64,000 nucleotides of DNA from contig JBIKIN010000010.1 in assembly GCA_044361595.1 (NCBI GenBank), positions 4,112-68,111 of the forward strand. The letters are read 5' to 3'. Shown here in pieces: positions 18,459 to 27,637 of the stretch (positions within the stretch are counted from its first letter, which is position 1; each line of letters starts with the position of its first letter). This DNA is from Pelobium sp. (GTDB lineage: Bacteria; Bacteroidota; Bacteroidia; Sphingobacteriales; Sphingobacteriaceae). Below the pieces are notes generated by a model. The model did not search any database and was not told the origin of the DNA. It saw only the letters and a list, made by a program, of their open reading frames with translations. Made by a program: the position numbers and the translations under genes.

Positions 18459-21400
18459 ATGAAATCAATCATCATGATTGCTGTTTCCTGTTTACTTTTA
18501 AATTTTGCTAATGCTCAAAATTTAAAAGTAAAAGGAACAATATTGGACCAAATTTCGGGCGAAAAACTTATTGGCGTAAGCGTAAAAGAAAAGAATAACC
18601 CTAAAAACGGCACTGCATCCAACGCAAACGGCGAGTTTACACTCAATTTATCCTCGTCCAAAACCACATTAATATTTAGTTACATTGGTTATACCACAAA
18701 AGAAGTTATCTTAACAGGAGAAAAAGAGTTAACTATAAAATTAAGCCCTGGCTTGTTACTAAACGAAACCGTAGTAACCGCTTTAGGTGTAGAGCGTGAT
18801 TCAAAAGCCTTAGGCTACAACATTCAACAAGTAAACGCAAAAGAGATAAGTACCGTTAAATCGGTTAATTTCTTAGATAACTTAACTGCAAAAGTTGCTG
18901 GCGTTACCATCACACAAGGAGCTAGCGGTGTAGGTTCTACCTCAAAAATTGTAATTAGAGGCGAAAGTTCTTTTGCGAATAATAACCCTCTATTTGTTGT
19001 AGATGGTATCCCGATTAATAACAATTCGATTATCCCGAGAACAGTAGAAACACCTTCCAGCTTCCAAGCTATTGATTTTGGAAACGGTGCTATGGATGTA
19101 AATCCTGATGATATTGCATCAGTTTCTGTACTAAAAGGTGCAGCAGCAGCGGCATTATATGGAAACAGAGCCGCTAACGGGGTTATTTTGATTAACACCA
19201 AAGATGGAAGCGATAGCAAAGGCTTCGGAGTAAGCTTTAACTCTTCAACAACTGTAGAAAGTCCGTTTAAATTACCAGAATTTCAAAATCTTTACGGACA
19301 AGGAAATGGTGGTCAATTTGCTTTTAAAGATGGTTTAGGAGGTGGAGTGAACGATGTTTTAACCTATTCTTGGGGGCCAAGATTAGATCAAGGAACTTTA
19401 ATTGCTCAATATGATAGTCCGGTTATTTTACCTGATGGTAGAGTTTTACGCGGTGGAGACGTAGCTGCTTACATCGGAAACACCATTACTCCTACTCCCT
19501 TTATTTCACATCCAGATAATTTGAAGAATTTCTTTGAAACAGGCCAAACTTATATAAATAACCTAGCCTTTAGTGGTAAATATGATAAAGGAAATTATCG
19601 TTTATCCTACACCGATTTAAAGAGTGAATCAATTTTGCCAGGGAGTAATTATTTAAGAAAAAACGTATCGGCAAATTTCAATTTCAAACCGTCTGATAAA
19701 CTAAATTTTAGATCAACAATCATTTATCAAAATGCAAAAAGTGATAACAGACCATCAAGTGGTTATGGTTCAGAAAACCTGCAATATGGATTAGTTGCTT
19801 GGTTGCCTCGTTCTTTGGATATCGAGCCTTTAAAAAATTATTGGCAAACTGGTTCAACCAATTTAAACAACTACTCTTACAATTATTCATTTTTCGATAA
19901 TCCATATTTCATCTTAAAAGAGAATAGGAATGAGTTAAACAGAGATCGAATTTTTGGAAATATTGCTCTTAAATATGATTTAGCTGATAACCTTTTTGTG
20001 CAGATTAGAAGCGGAATGGATTATAGTAATGATGCTAGAAGATTGTTAAGACATTACAGCACAAACAGATTTAAATCTGGTGCTTATGGCGAACACGATG
20101 TGTTTTTCAGAGAAATCAACTCAGATGTTTTATTAAATTATACCAAGAAAGTAAACGATTTCGGCTTTGATATTTCTTTTGGTGGGAACCAAATGAACCA
20201 AAACTTTAAGAGCGACCAAACACAAACTTCCGCTTTAGCGCAACCTGCTTTATTTACTTTAGCAAATGCAGCTACACCCTTAGAAATCTTCACTTTTTCT
20301 AGCAGAAAAAGAATAAATAGTGCTTATGGCTCAGCAAAATTGAGCTTTAAAAACTATTTATTTGTAGATATCACAGGTAGAAATGATTGGTCAAGTGCTT
20401 TAGCAACTCCGCAAAGTACAGCAAACACTTCTTTCTTTTATCCATCTGTCTCTACCAGTTTAGTCATTTCAGAATTGGTAAAAATACCTAAAGTATCCTT
20501 TGCTAAATTGAGAGCGAGTTATGCTCAAATTGGTAACGATACAGATCCTTATCAAACTGCCGGAATTTTTAATCCAGCAACACCATTTAACAGCGCTCCT
20601 ACACTAACCGATCAAAATAGTATTGCCAATCCTAATTTATTGCCCGAGCAAACCAGTTCTATTGAATTAGGAGCTGATGTTCGGTTTTTTCAAGATCGAC
20701 TGGGAATCGATTTTACTTATTACAACTCTTTAACAGAGAACCAAATTCTTTCTTTACCAGTTTCTAACGCTACAGGATACAGCCAAAGGGTGACCAATGG
20801 AGGTTCTGTGCGTTCTAAAGGTTTAGAGATTATTTTAAACACCACACCAGTTTTAACTAATAATTTTTCTTGGAATGCTAATTTCAACTTTAGTAGAAAT
20901 GTAGCAACCGTAGAATCTTTACCAGAAGGTGCCAAAAGATTGACTTTGGCTTACGCCCGAGTTTATGACAGCCCAAATCAGTCCGTATATTACATTGTTG
21001 AAGAAGGCGGTAGAATTGGAAGTTTATGGGGAACTGGCTACCTAAAAAATAGCGAAGGCAAATTTATTTTAAACAGTGGCGGTAATTTAATTGCTGATAA
21101 TACTTTGAAAAATTTGGGTAATTACAACCCTGATTTTATGCTTGGTTTTAACAACAGCTTTAGGTACAAGCAATTTGATTTTGGGTTTTTATTTGATTGG
21201 CGCCAAGGCGGAATTTTAATATCTAGAACTTTGGCATTAGCCGGAGTAGGTGGTCAATTAAAAGAAACTGAAAACCGTCCAGCTGAAGGATTAATATTTG
21301 ACGGCGTAATTAATACTGGAACTGCAGCAAACCCAGTTTATGTTGAAAATACAATCGCTATCTCTCCAGAAAGTTATTACCGCCAATTTTATGATCGTAA

Positions 21401-21680
21401 CCACGAAGAAAACAATACATACGATGCTTCCTACCTAAAAATGAGACAGTTTAATGTGGGTTATACTTTCAGTAAGGTCACTTTAGCTAAAACTTTCTTA
21501 AGAAATGTACAAAGTTTAAAGCTATCATTTATTGGTAGAAACTTATTTGCACAATCAGAAATCCCACATTTTGACCCAGAGCAAATGGCTTTACAAGGAA
21601 ATAGATTTTTAAACGGAGTGGAGGACATGTCGTACCCAACTACCAGAAGTTTTGGATTAAGCTTAGGTCTTAACTTTTAA
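18459..21680 (+). CDS. SusC/RagA-family TonB-dependent transporter
   Basis: N-terminal carboxypeptidase-like domain, plug NNPLFVVDGIP and VLKGAAAAALYGNRAANGVILI, C-terminal F. Confidence 0.97.
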   Translation: MKSIIMIAVSCLLLNFANAQNLKVKGTILDQISGEKLIGVSVKEKNNPKNGTASNANGEFTLNLSSSKTTLIFSYIGYTTKEVILTGEKELTIKLSPGLLLNETVVTALGVERDSKALGYNIQQVNAKEISTVKSVNFLDNLTAKVAGVTITQGASGVGSTSKIVIRGESSFANNNPLFVVDGIPINNNSIIPRTVETPSSFQAIDFGNGAMDVNPDDIASVSVLKGAAAAALYGNRAANGVILINTKDGSDSKGFGVSFNSSTTVESPFKLPEFQNLYGQGNGGQFAFKDGLGGGVNDVLTYSWGPRLDQGTLIAQYDSPVILPDGRVLRGGDVAAYIGNTITPTPFISHPDNLKNFFETGQTYINNLAFSGKYDKGNYRLSYTDLKSESILPGSNYLRKNVSANFNFKPSDKLNFRSTIIYQNAKSDNRPSSGYGSENLQYGLVAWLPRSLDIEPLKNYWQTGSTNLNNYSYNYSFFDNPYFILKENRNELNRDRIFGNIALKYDLADNLFVQIRSGMDYSNDARRLLRHYSTNRFKSGAYGEHDVFFREINSDVLLNYTKKVNDFGFDISFGGNQMNQNFKSDQTQTSALAQPALFTLANAATPLEIFTFSSRKRINSAYGSAKLSFKNYLFVDITGRNDWSSALATPQSTANTSFFYPSVSTSLVISELVKIPKVSFAKLRASYAQIGNDTDPYQTAGIFNPATPFNSAPTLTDQNSIANPNLLPEQTSSIELGADVRFFQDRLGIDFTYYNSLTENQILSLPVSNATGYSQRVTNGGSVRSKGLEIILNTTPVLTNNFSWNANFNFSRNVATVESLPEGAKRLTLAYARVYDSPNQSVYYIVEEGGRIGSLWGTGYLKNSEGKFILNSGGNLIADNTLKNLGNYNPDFMLGFNNSFRYKQFDFGFLFDWRQGGILISRTLALAGVGGQLKETENRPAEGLIFDGVINTGTAANPVYVENTIAISPESYYRQFYDRNHEENNTYDASYLKMRQFNVGYTFSKVTLAKTFLRNVQSLKLSFIGRNLFAQSEIPHFDPEQMALQGNRFLNGVEDMSYPTTRSFGLSLGLNF

Positions 21681-23128
21681 TGAAACATATCATGAGAAAA
21701 TATATCATCATATTTATCGCAATTTTAGGTTTATCAGCCTGTACCAAAGATTTAAGCGATATCAATACCAATCCAAACGCACCAATTGATGCACAACCAT
21801 CATTATTATTCAGAAAAGTTTTGTTTGATTATGGCGAACAAATGTCTTTCGAAGGTTTTGATGCTGGAAATTTATTAGGTCAGTATTTTACCATGACGGA
21901 TTTTAACAATTTCGACCGTCATGCTTTAGCAGAACCGTTATACGCTGGAAACCCTTGGCCAATCCTTTATAGAAATTTGAGAGACAATGAAATCGTGTTA
22001 AATAAAGCGAACGAAAGCCCGGTTTTCTCGGTTTACAAAGGCCCAGCTTTGGTGATGAAGGCTTATATGACTGCGGCTTTAACAGATCTTTACGGCGATG
22101 TACCTTACAGCGAAGCCTTAAAAGGTAAAACTGAAATTTTTACTCCAAAATATGACAAACAAGAGGATATCTATAATGGTGCAAACGGCATTCTTAAAAA
22201 CTTAGAAAATGCCGTTATCGCAATGGAGGCCTATAACGGAACTACTAGATTAGAGGGCGATATCGTTTATAACGGAAACTTACAAAATTGGGCACGCTTC
22301 GCAAACTCATTAAGAATCAAACTCTTAATGAGGATATCTGATAAAGTAAATGTTGCATCACAATTGCAAGCACTTTTTGCAGGTGGAAAATATATCACTA
22401 ACAATACGCAGAACGCAATTTTTAGGTTTTCGGCAACCCCACCAAATAACTTTAGAATTACAACTGCCCGTATAGGAGATTATAACTTATACATCATGTC
22501 TAAAACAGCTGAAGAAATTCTGAAAAATTTCAACGACCCCAGAATTTCTTTATTTTACCGCCCGACAACGGCAAATCCTGCTAATTTTGTCGGCTTGCAA
22601 AACGGTCCAGATGCTTCGGTTACCCCAGTAACTTTAGCAAATAATAGTTTGACAGGAAGAATTTTTAGAGAAGACGGTGTGAATTTAAAATACAATTACA
22701 GCACAGCTTGGGAAACCAATTTCTTTTTAGCAGAAGCAGCTCAAAAAGGTTTGATCTCTACATCGGCGAAAGCCTTATATGATTTGGCTGTTGCACAAGG
22801 TTTTGAATACTGGAATGTAACGATGCCAGCTAACTATTTAACTACAGGTCCTGCTTTGTTTAATCCGGCTTCGCCTGATGCTTTAAAATTAATCATCACT
22901 CAAAAATGGATTCCAAATACGATTAATGGTTATGAAGGCTGGATTGAATATAGAAGAACCGGTTTCCCAGAGTTAAAACCAGTTTTAGCGAGTAGAAATA
23001 ATGGAATTTATCCGGTGCGGATGCCTTATCCACAAGAAGAGGCCACTTTAAACGGAGATAATTATCAAGCCGCAGCAGCAAAAACAAATAACAATAGTAT
23101 AAACGCTAAAGTATGGTGGGATAACTAA
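21680..23128 (+). CDS. SusD/RagB-family lipoprotein (alternative start 21692)
   Basis: LGLSA-C lipobox then INTNPN; LTDLYGDVPYSEAL; GWIEYRRTGFP; RMPYP; follows SusC. Confidence 0.95.
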   Translation: MKHIMRKYIIIFIAILGLSACTKDLSDINTNPNAPIDAQPSLLFRKVLFDYGEQMSFEGFDAGNLLGQYFTMTDFNNFDRHALAEPLYAGNPWPILYRNLRDNEIVLNKANESPVFSVYKGPALVMKAYMTAALTDLYGDVPYSEALKGKTEIFTPKYDKQEDIYNGANGILKNLENAVIAMEAYNGTTRLEGDIVYNGNLQNWARFANSLRIKLLMRISDKVNVASQLQALFAGGKYITNNTQNAIFRFSATPPNNFRITTARIGDYNLYIMSKTAEEILKNFNDPRISLFYRPTTANPANFVGLQNGPDASVTPVTLANNSLTGRIFREDGVNLKYNYSTAWETNFFLAEAAQKGLISTSAKALYDLAVAQGFEYWNVTMPANYLTTGPALFNPASPDALKLIITQKWIPNTINGYEGWIEYRRTGFPELKPVLASRNNGIYPVRMPYPQEEATLNGDNYQAAAAKTNNNSINAKVWWDN

Positions 23129-24498
23129 TGAGCTTAAACACCGTTTCCTACCTGCAATGGGGGTTTATTTTACTTTCAAGTATTTTAATTTTTTGGCTGG
23201 CGCCGATAGCGAAAACCACTCAAGACTTTTTCTACGGAAGTAAAGACAATAAACAACCCAATGCCATCCTATTAACTAGCAGTTTGGTAATTAGCTGGAT
23301 TTTTGCAAAATCTATCACCAATGTGGCTAATTTAGGATTAAGTTTTGGCGTGGTAGGTGTGGTTTCCTACTCCATTTATTACCTTTCTTTTTTGGTAGCT
23401 GGATTAGTAATTTATAAAATGAGGCTAAATGGTGGATTTAAAAGTATCCACCATTTTATTGGCTCAAAATATGGGAAAGGAGCACTTTATCTGTTTTCTA
23501 TATTAATTGCTTTTAGGTTATTTAACGAGGTTTGGTCTAACACATTAGTCATTGGTTCATACTTTGGCGATGTAGGTTCTACACCCTATTACGCTTCTAT
23601 CATTGTATTTACTTTGCTCACTTTGGCTTATGCTTTAAAAGGCGGCATGAGTACTTCTATTTTAACAGATGTCATCCAGATGGTTCTGTTTGGAGTTTTA
23701 CTTACCTCAATCTTACTCTACATTTTACCAGAGATGAAAGGGGATTTTAAACCTCTTTATCAATCAGGTACGTGGAGTATGGCAACGGGTGGGAACTTAG
23801 TTTTAGTGGCTTTATTACAATGTTTTAGCTATCCTTTTCATGATCCAGTTTTAACCGACAGAGGTTTTATCACTTCTCCAAAAACCACATTAAGATCTTT
23901 TATTTGGGCTAGTGTCATAGGTGTTATCTGTATTGCTTTGTTTGGAATAGTAGGGATTTTTGCTCAAACCAAAGGTTTTACTGGCCAAGCAACTGTTGAA
24001 GTGGCTAAATTTTTTGGGCCAGTCATGTTGCTCATCATGAATTTCATTATGGTAACTTCAGCAGCATCAACTTTAGATTCGGCTTTTTCATCCTTTTCAA
24101 AACTATACAATATCGATATTTTTCCTAATCGAGAATTGAAAATCAGTAAAGGTAGAATAGCGATGGTTGTGTTGACCATTTTAGGAACTGTCCCTATATT
24201 TTTTAAGCCCGAGATACTTTCAGCAACAACCATTAGCGGTACAATGGTCATTGGTTTAGCTCCAGTTTTCTTATTTTGGAATACTAACACCCCGAAATTT
24301 TCATTTTTTGCTCCGGTAATTTTTGGTTTGCTAATGGGTTTATGCATCACTTTTGAAATGGCACCAAAAGCCTGGATTTTTACCGATGGAAAATACAATG
24401 ATTTGTTAGGAGTAAATCTTTGGGGAAGTTTAATTTGTTTCATACTATTTTTTATTCCTTTGCTTAATCAGAAATGGAAAAAAACATCAAATATTTAG
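23128..24498 (+). CDS. sodium:solute symporter (SSS) family transporter
   Basis: Multi-TM; YALKGGMSTSILTDVIQ and SAASTLDSAF motifs. Confidence 0.88.
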   Translation: MSLNTVSYLQWGFILLSSILIFWLAPIAKTTQDFFYGSKDNKQPNAILLTSSLVISWIFAKSITNVANLGLSFGVVGVVSYSIYYLSFLVAGLVIYKMRLNGGFKSIHHFIGSKYGKGALYLFSILIAFRLFNEVWSNTLVIGSYFGDVGSTPYYASIIVFTLLTLAYALKGGMSTSILTDVIQMVLFGVLLTSILLYILPEMKGDFKPLYQSGTWSMATGGNLVLVALLQCFSYPFHDPVLTDRGFITSPKTTLRSFIWASVIGVICIALFGIVGIFAQTKGFTGQATVEVAKFFGPVMLLIMNFIMVTSAASTLDSAFSSFSKLYNIDIFPNRELKISKGRIAMVVLTILGTVPIFFKPEILSATTISGTMVIGLAPVFLFWNTNTPKFSFFAPVIFGLLMGLCITFEMAPKAWIFTDGKYNDLLGVNLWGSLICFILFFIPLLNQKWKKTSNI

Positions 24499-25298
24499 GC
24501 GAATTAAAAGGAAAAGTGCTTGTTTTTGGTGGAGTTTATTCTAATCTACAAGCCCTAGAATCTATTAAAAATTTGGCTTTCGCCGATGGAATATCACCAG
24601 AAAACATCATATGTACCGGAGATATTGTTGCCTATTGCGCTCAACCTAAAGAGTGTATAAAACTGATTAGAGATTGGGGAATCCATTGCATTGCAGGTAA
24701 TGTAGAATTAAACTTGGTAAACGATATAGATGACTGCGGTTGCAATTTTGAAGACGGCAGCAGGTGCGATGTTTTCTCTCGCCAATGGTATCCCTATTTA
24801 AAAAGTCAAGTGAACCAAGATGATATAGATTGGCTGGCAACCATTCCCGAGTTTCTTTCTTTTGCTTACGCCGATAAAAAAATTGCCTGTTTACATGGCT
24901 CCTATTTCGATACATCAGAGTTTATTTTCAAATCAACCGATTGGAGTGCAAAGCAAAAGAATTTTGATGCGCTTAACGCTGATGTGATTTTAGCAGGTCA
25001 TTGCGGTTTGCCTTTTTCACATATAAATGAAGATAAAATTTGGATTAATGCAGGAGTTATCGGAATGCCTGCAAATGATGGAACACCAGGAGTTTGGTAT
25101 GCCATTTTAAACGATTCCAAAGGCTTTAATTTTGAAATAAAAGCTCTAGAATACGATTTCGAAAAAGCTGCAGACTTAATGAATGACAAGCCTTTACCTC
25201 AAACTTATCAAAAAACATTAAAAACAGGTATTTGGGATAACTGTGAGATTCTACCTGAGGTAGAAACAGGTTTACAGAGGCAAAAAATTTCGTTTTAA
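24474..25298 (+). CDS. calcineurin-like metallophosphoesterase-family protein with altered metal ligands
   Basis: TGD, GN, HGS, GH and INAGVIG motifs in the expected order; motif I is GGVYSN instead of DxHxN. Confidence 0.8.
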   Translation: MEKNIKYLGELKGKVLVFGGVYSNLQALESIKNLAFADGISPENIICTGDIVAYCAQPKECIKLIRDWGIHCIAGNVELNLVNDIDDCGCNFEDGSRCDVFSRQWYPYLKSQVNQDDIDWLATIPEFLSFAYADKKIACLHGSYFDTSEFIFKSTDWSAKQKNFDALNADVILAGHCGLPFSHINEDKIWINAGVIGMPANDGTPGVWYAILNDSKGFNFEIKALEYDFEKAADLMNDKPLPQTYQKTLKTGIWDNCEILPEVETGLQRQKISF

Positions 25299-25800
25299 TT
25301 CCCTAAACTGTGCTTGGTCTAAAGCATAGCGTGACAAAGGATAAATCAATCAAATAGAGTTTTTATACTCGGTTTAAAAATTGCAAAATCACAAATGTTG
25401 ATTAAGTCAAAAGTCAATAAAATAAAAATCATTTAATGCTTAACTGCTATTAAATCCAATCTAAGACTCTTTGTAATTTACTTAGCCTTAGAAACCCCTG
25501 CGCTAAACTATACAGACGCTAGCCTCTATAGCCCTATAAAATTAGATTCTCATTCTAGCTTTTCCATTAATAATGGAATCATATCCTTCTATTTTCTACT
25601 TCCTTCTCCCACTTTTTTTAAAAAATACTGCTCGTTTAAACAAATTTTCCCACTTACACATTTTTAGGCATAAAAACACTCAATTTCAAAGCCTTAGCTT
25701 TAATAATTATATTCGATAATGGTCAATATAAACAACCTTGTTAATCCAAAATCTATTTTAACGACCCCAAAAAAGCATTTTAAGACTGTTGAAAACTTTT

Positions 25801-25830
25801 TGTGGTAAAAAGTGGTAAAAAGTGGTAACA
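25801..25830 (+). promoter_or_regulatory. MraZ-binding boxes (three GTGGT repeats at 10-nt pitch)
   Basis: tGTGGTaaaa aGTGGTaaaa aGTGGTaaca, 40 nt upstream of mraZ. Confidence 0.85.
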
Positions 25831-25870
25831 TTCTTTAATTTTACACTTAATAAAACCAAAAAAAATTTAA

Positions 25871-26335
25871 ATGTCCCAGTTAATTGGAGAGTTTGATTGC
25901 AAATTAGATGCTAAAGGCCGCTTAATGGTTCCTTCCGGCCTAAAAAAGCAATTGCCTGCAGTTGATGCTGAGGGACTTATTATTCACCGTGGTTTTGAAA
26001 AGCATTTAACCATTTACGCCAAAGTCGAGTGGGATAAGATTACATCAGAACTTGCTCAGCTTAATCAATATGAGAAAAAAACTAGAGAATTTATTAGGTA
26101 TTTTACTCGTGGCGCAACGGAGTTAAGTCTAGATGCTTCCGGCAGGGTATTACTACCTAAAGCATTATTAGAATATGCTGGTATTAAAAGTGAAGTAGTG
26201 CTTTCTTGCCAGTTTAGCAAGATTGAAGTTTGGGATAAAAACACTTACGATACCCAATTAGATAACGAACCTGAAAATTTCGCAAACCTAGCAGAAGAAG
26301 TAATGGGCAGTTTAGGAAGGAGGAAGGATGACTAA
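25871..26335 (+). CDS. mraZ: division/cell wall cluster transcriptional repressor MraZ
   Basis: KLDAKGRLMVP and LDASGRVLLP repeats. Confidence 0.98.
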   Translation: MSQLIGEFDCKLDAKGRLMVPSGLKKQLPAVDAEGLIIHRGFEKHLTIYAKVEWDKITSELAQLNQYEKKTREFIRYFTRGATELSLDASGRVLLPKALLEYAGIKSEVVLSCQFSKIEVWDKNTYDTQLDNEPENFANLAEEVMGSLGRRKDD

Positions 26336-27230
26336 ATACCATACTCCCGTTATGCTGCAAGAATGTATAGATGCTTTAGCGATAAAAGCTAACGGCACTT
26401 ACGTGGATGTTACTTTTGGTGGGGGCGGCCATTCTAAAGAAATTATTAAAAACCTGAGCGAAGATGGTATTTTGATAGCTTTTGATCAAGATCAAGATGC
26501 TAAAGAAAATATCATTAATGATGAACGTTTCATCTTTATCGATCAAAACTTCAGATTCCTTAAAAATAATCTTAGAGCACATGATGTGCTTCCTGTTGAT
26601 GGCATTCTTGCCGATTTGGGCGTTTCTTCTCATCAGTTTGATGTTCCAGAAAGAGGTTTCTCTACTCGCTTTGATGGTGATTTGGACATGAGAATGGACC
26701 AAGATGGCGAGTTGACCGCTCAAAAAGTGGTGAATACTTATAGCGAAGACCAATTGCATAAAATATTTGGCATTTATGGCGAAATACAAAACGCTAAAAC
26801 TTTAGCCAAAACCATTATTACAGCTCGTTTAAACGCAGCTATAGTAACCATATCCGATTTAAAAAGTGCTATTAATCATCTTATCCCAAAAGGAAAAGAA
26901 AATAAATATTTAGCGCAAGTTTTTCAGGCTTTGAGGATAGAAGTTAACCAAGAAATGGAAAGCTTAAAGGAGTTTTTAAATCAAACTATAGATGTTTTAG
27001 CCCCAGGAGGACGATTGGTGGTAATGTCTTATCATTCATTAGAAGATCGTTTGGTGAAAAATTTTTTGGCCAAAGGAAAATTCAGCGGTATGGTAGAAAA
27101 AGATTTTTTTGGAAACGAGATAAAGCCTTTTGATTTAGTAGTTAAGAAATCAATTACGGCATCAGAAGAAGAGATTAAGTTAAATAATAGGGCAAGAAGT
27201 GCAAGGTTAAGAATAGCTATTAAGAGATGA
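26328..27230 (+). CDS. rsmH: 16S rRNA m4C1402 methyltransferase
   Basis: YHTPVML, DVTFGGGGHS, DLGVSSHQFD, FQALRIEVN, SYHSLEDR. Confidence 0.98.
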   Translation: MTKYHTPVMLQECIDALAIKANGTYVDVTFGGGGHSKEIIKNLSEDGILIAFDQDQDAKENIINDERFIFIDQNFRFLKNNLRAHDVLPVDGILADLGVSSHQFDVPERGFSTRFDGDLDMRMDQDGELTAQKVVNTYSEDQLHKIFGIYGEIQNAKTLAKTIITARLNAAIVTISDLKSAINHLIPKGKENKYLAQVFQALRIEVNQEMESLKEFLNQTIDVLAPGGRLVVMSYHSLEDRLVKNFLAKGKFSGMVEKDFFGNEIKPFDLVVKKSITASEEEIKLNNRARSARLRIAIKR

Positions 27231-27634
27231 CAAATAGGTTAAAATCTGAAATAGAAGAAGAACAAGAAGTGCTAGAGCCGCAATTAAAAAGAAAAGCGGT
27301 TAAAGCAGAAACAAAGGATGTCACTTCTCCTAATTTTTTAACTCAATTTTTAAAAGGAACGTTAACACAAGAATCGGCGACAGAAGCCTTACCTTTTATA
27401 TTATTTATTGCCTTTTTGGGTATGATATATATTGGAAATAGACACTCGGCCGAGAATAATATCAGAAAAATAGAAACATTAAAAAAAGAAGTAAAAGAAT
27501 TAAGCTGGGATTTTAAAACGCTAAAAGCAGATTTAATGTTCCATAGCCGCCAAACCGAGGTAATTACTAAAGTTGATTCTTTACTAGGATTAAAAGTATC
27601 AGTAGAACCACCAATAAAACTAAAAGCACAATAA
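27227..27634 (+). CDS. ftsL: FtsL-like cell division protein
   Basis: Single TM followed by coiled coil; position between rsmH and PBP. Confidence 0.8.
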   Translation: MTNRLKSEIEEEQEVLEPQLKRKAVKAETKDVTSPNFLTQFLKGTLTQESATEALPFILFIAFLGMIYIGNRHSAENNIRKIETLKKEVKELSWDFKTLKADLMFHSRQTEVITKVDSLLGLKVSVEPPIKLKAQ

Positions 27635-27637
27635 AAA

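Noticed and set aside
18824-25189. Minus-strand ORFs inside susC, the symporter and the phosphoesterase (18824, 19720, 20720, 23964, 24667, 24998)
   Set aside because: Antisense shadows of well-supported genes.
16237-25298. Recent horizontal acquisition of the ArsS-SusCD block
   Set aside because: No integrase, transposase, tRNA or flanking direct repeats seen; any compositional shift could not be quantified without computation.
25299-25560. Possible sRNA or small ORF in the gap before mraZ
   Set aside because: No convincing promoter-terminator pair, stable structure or ORF recognised by eye.
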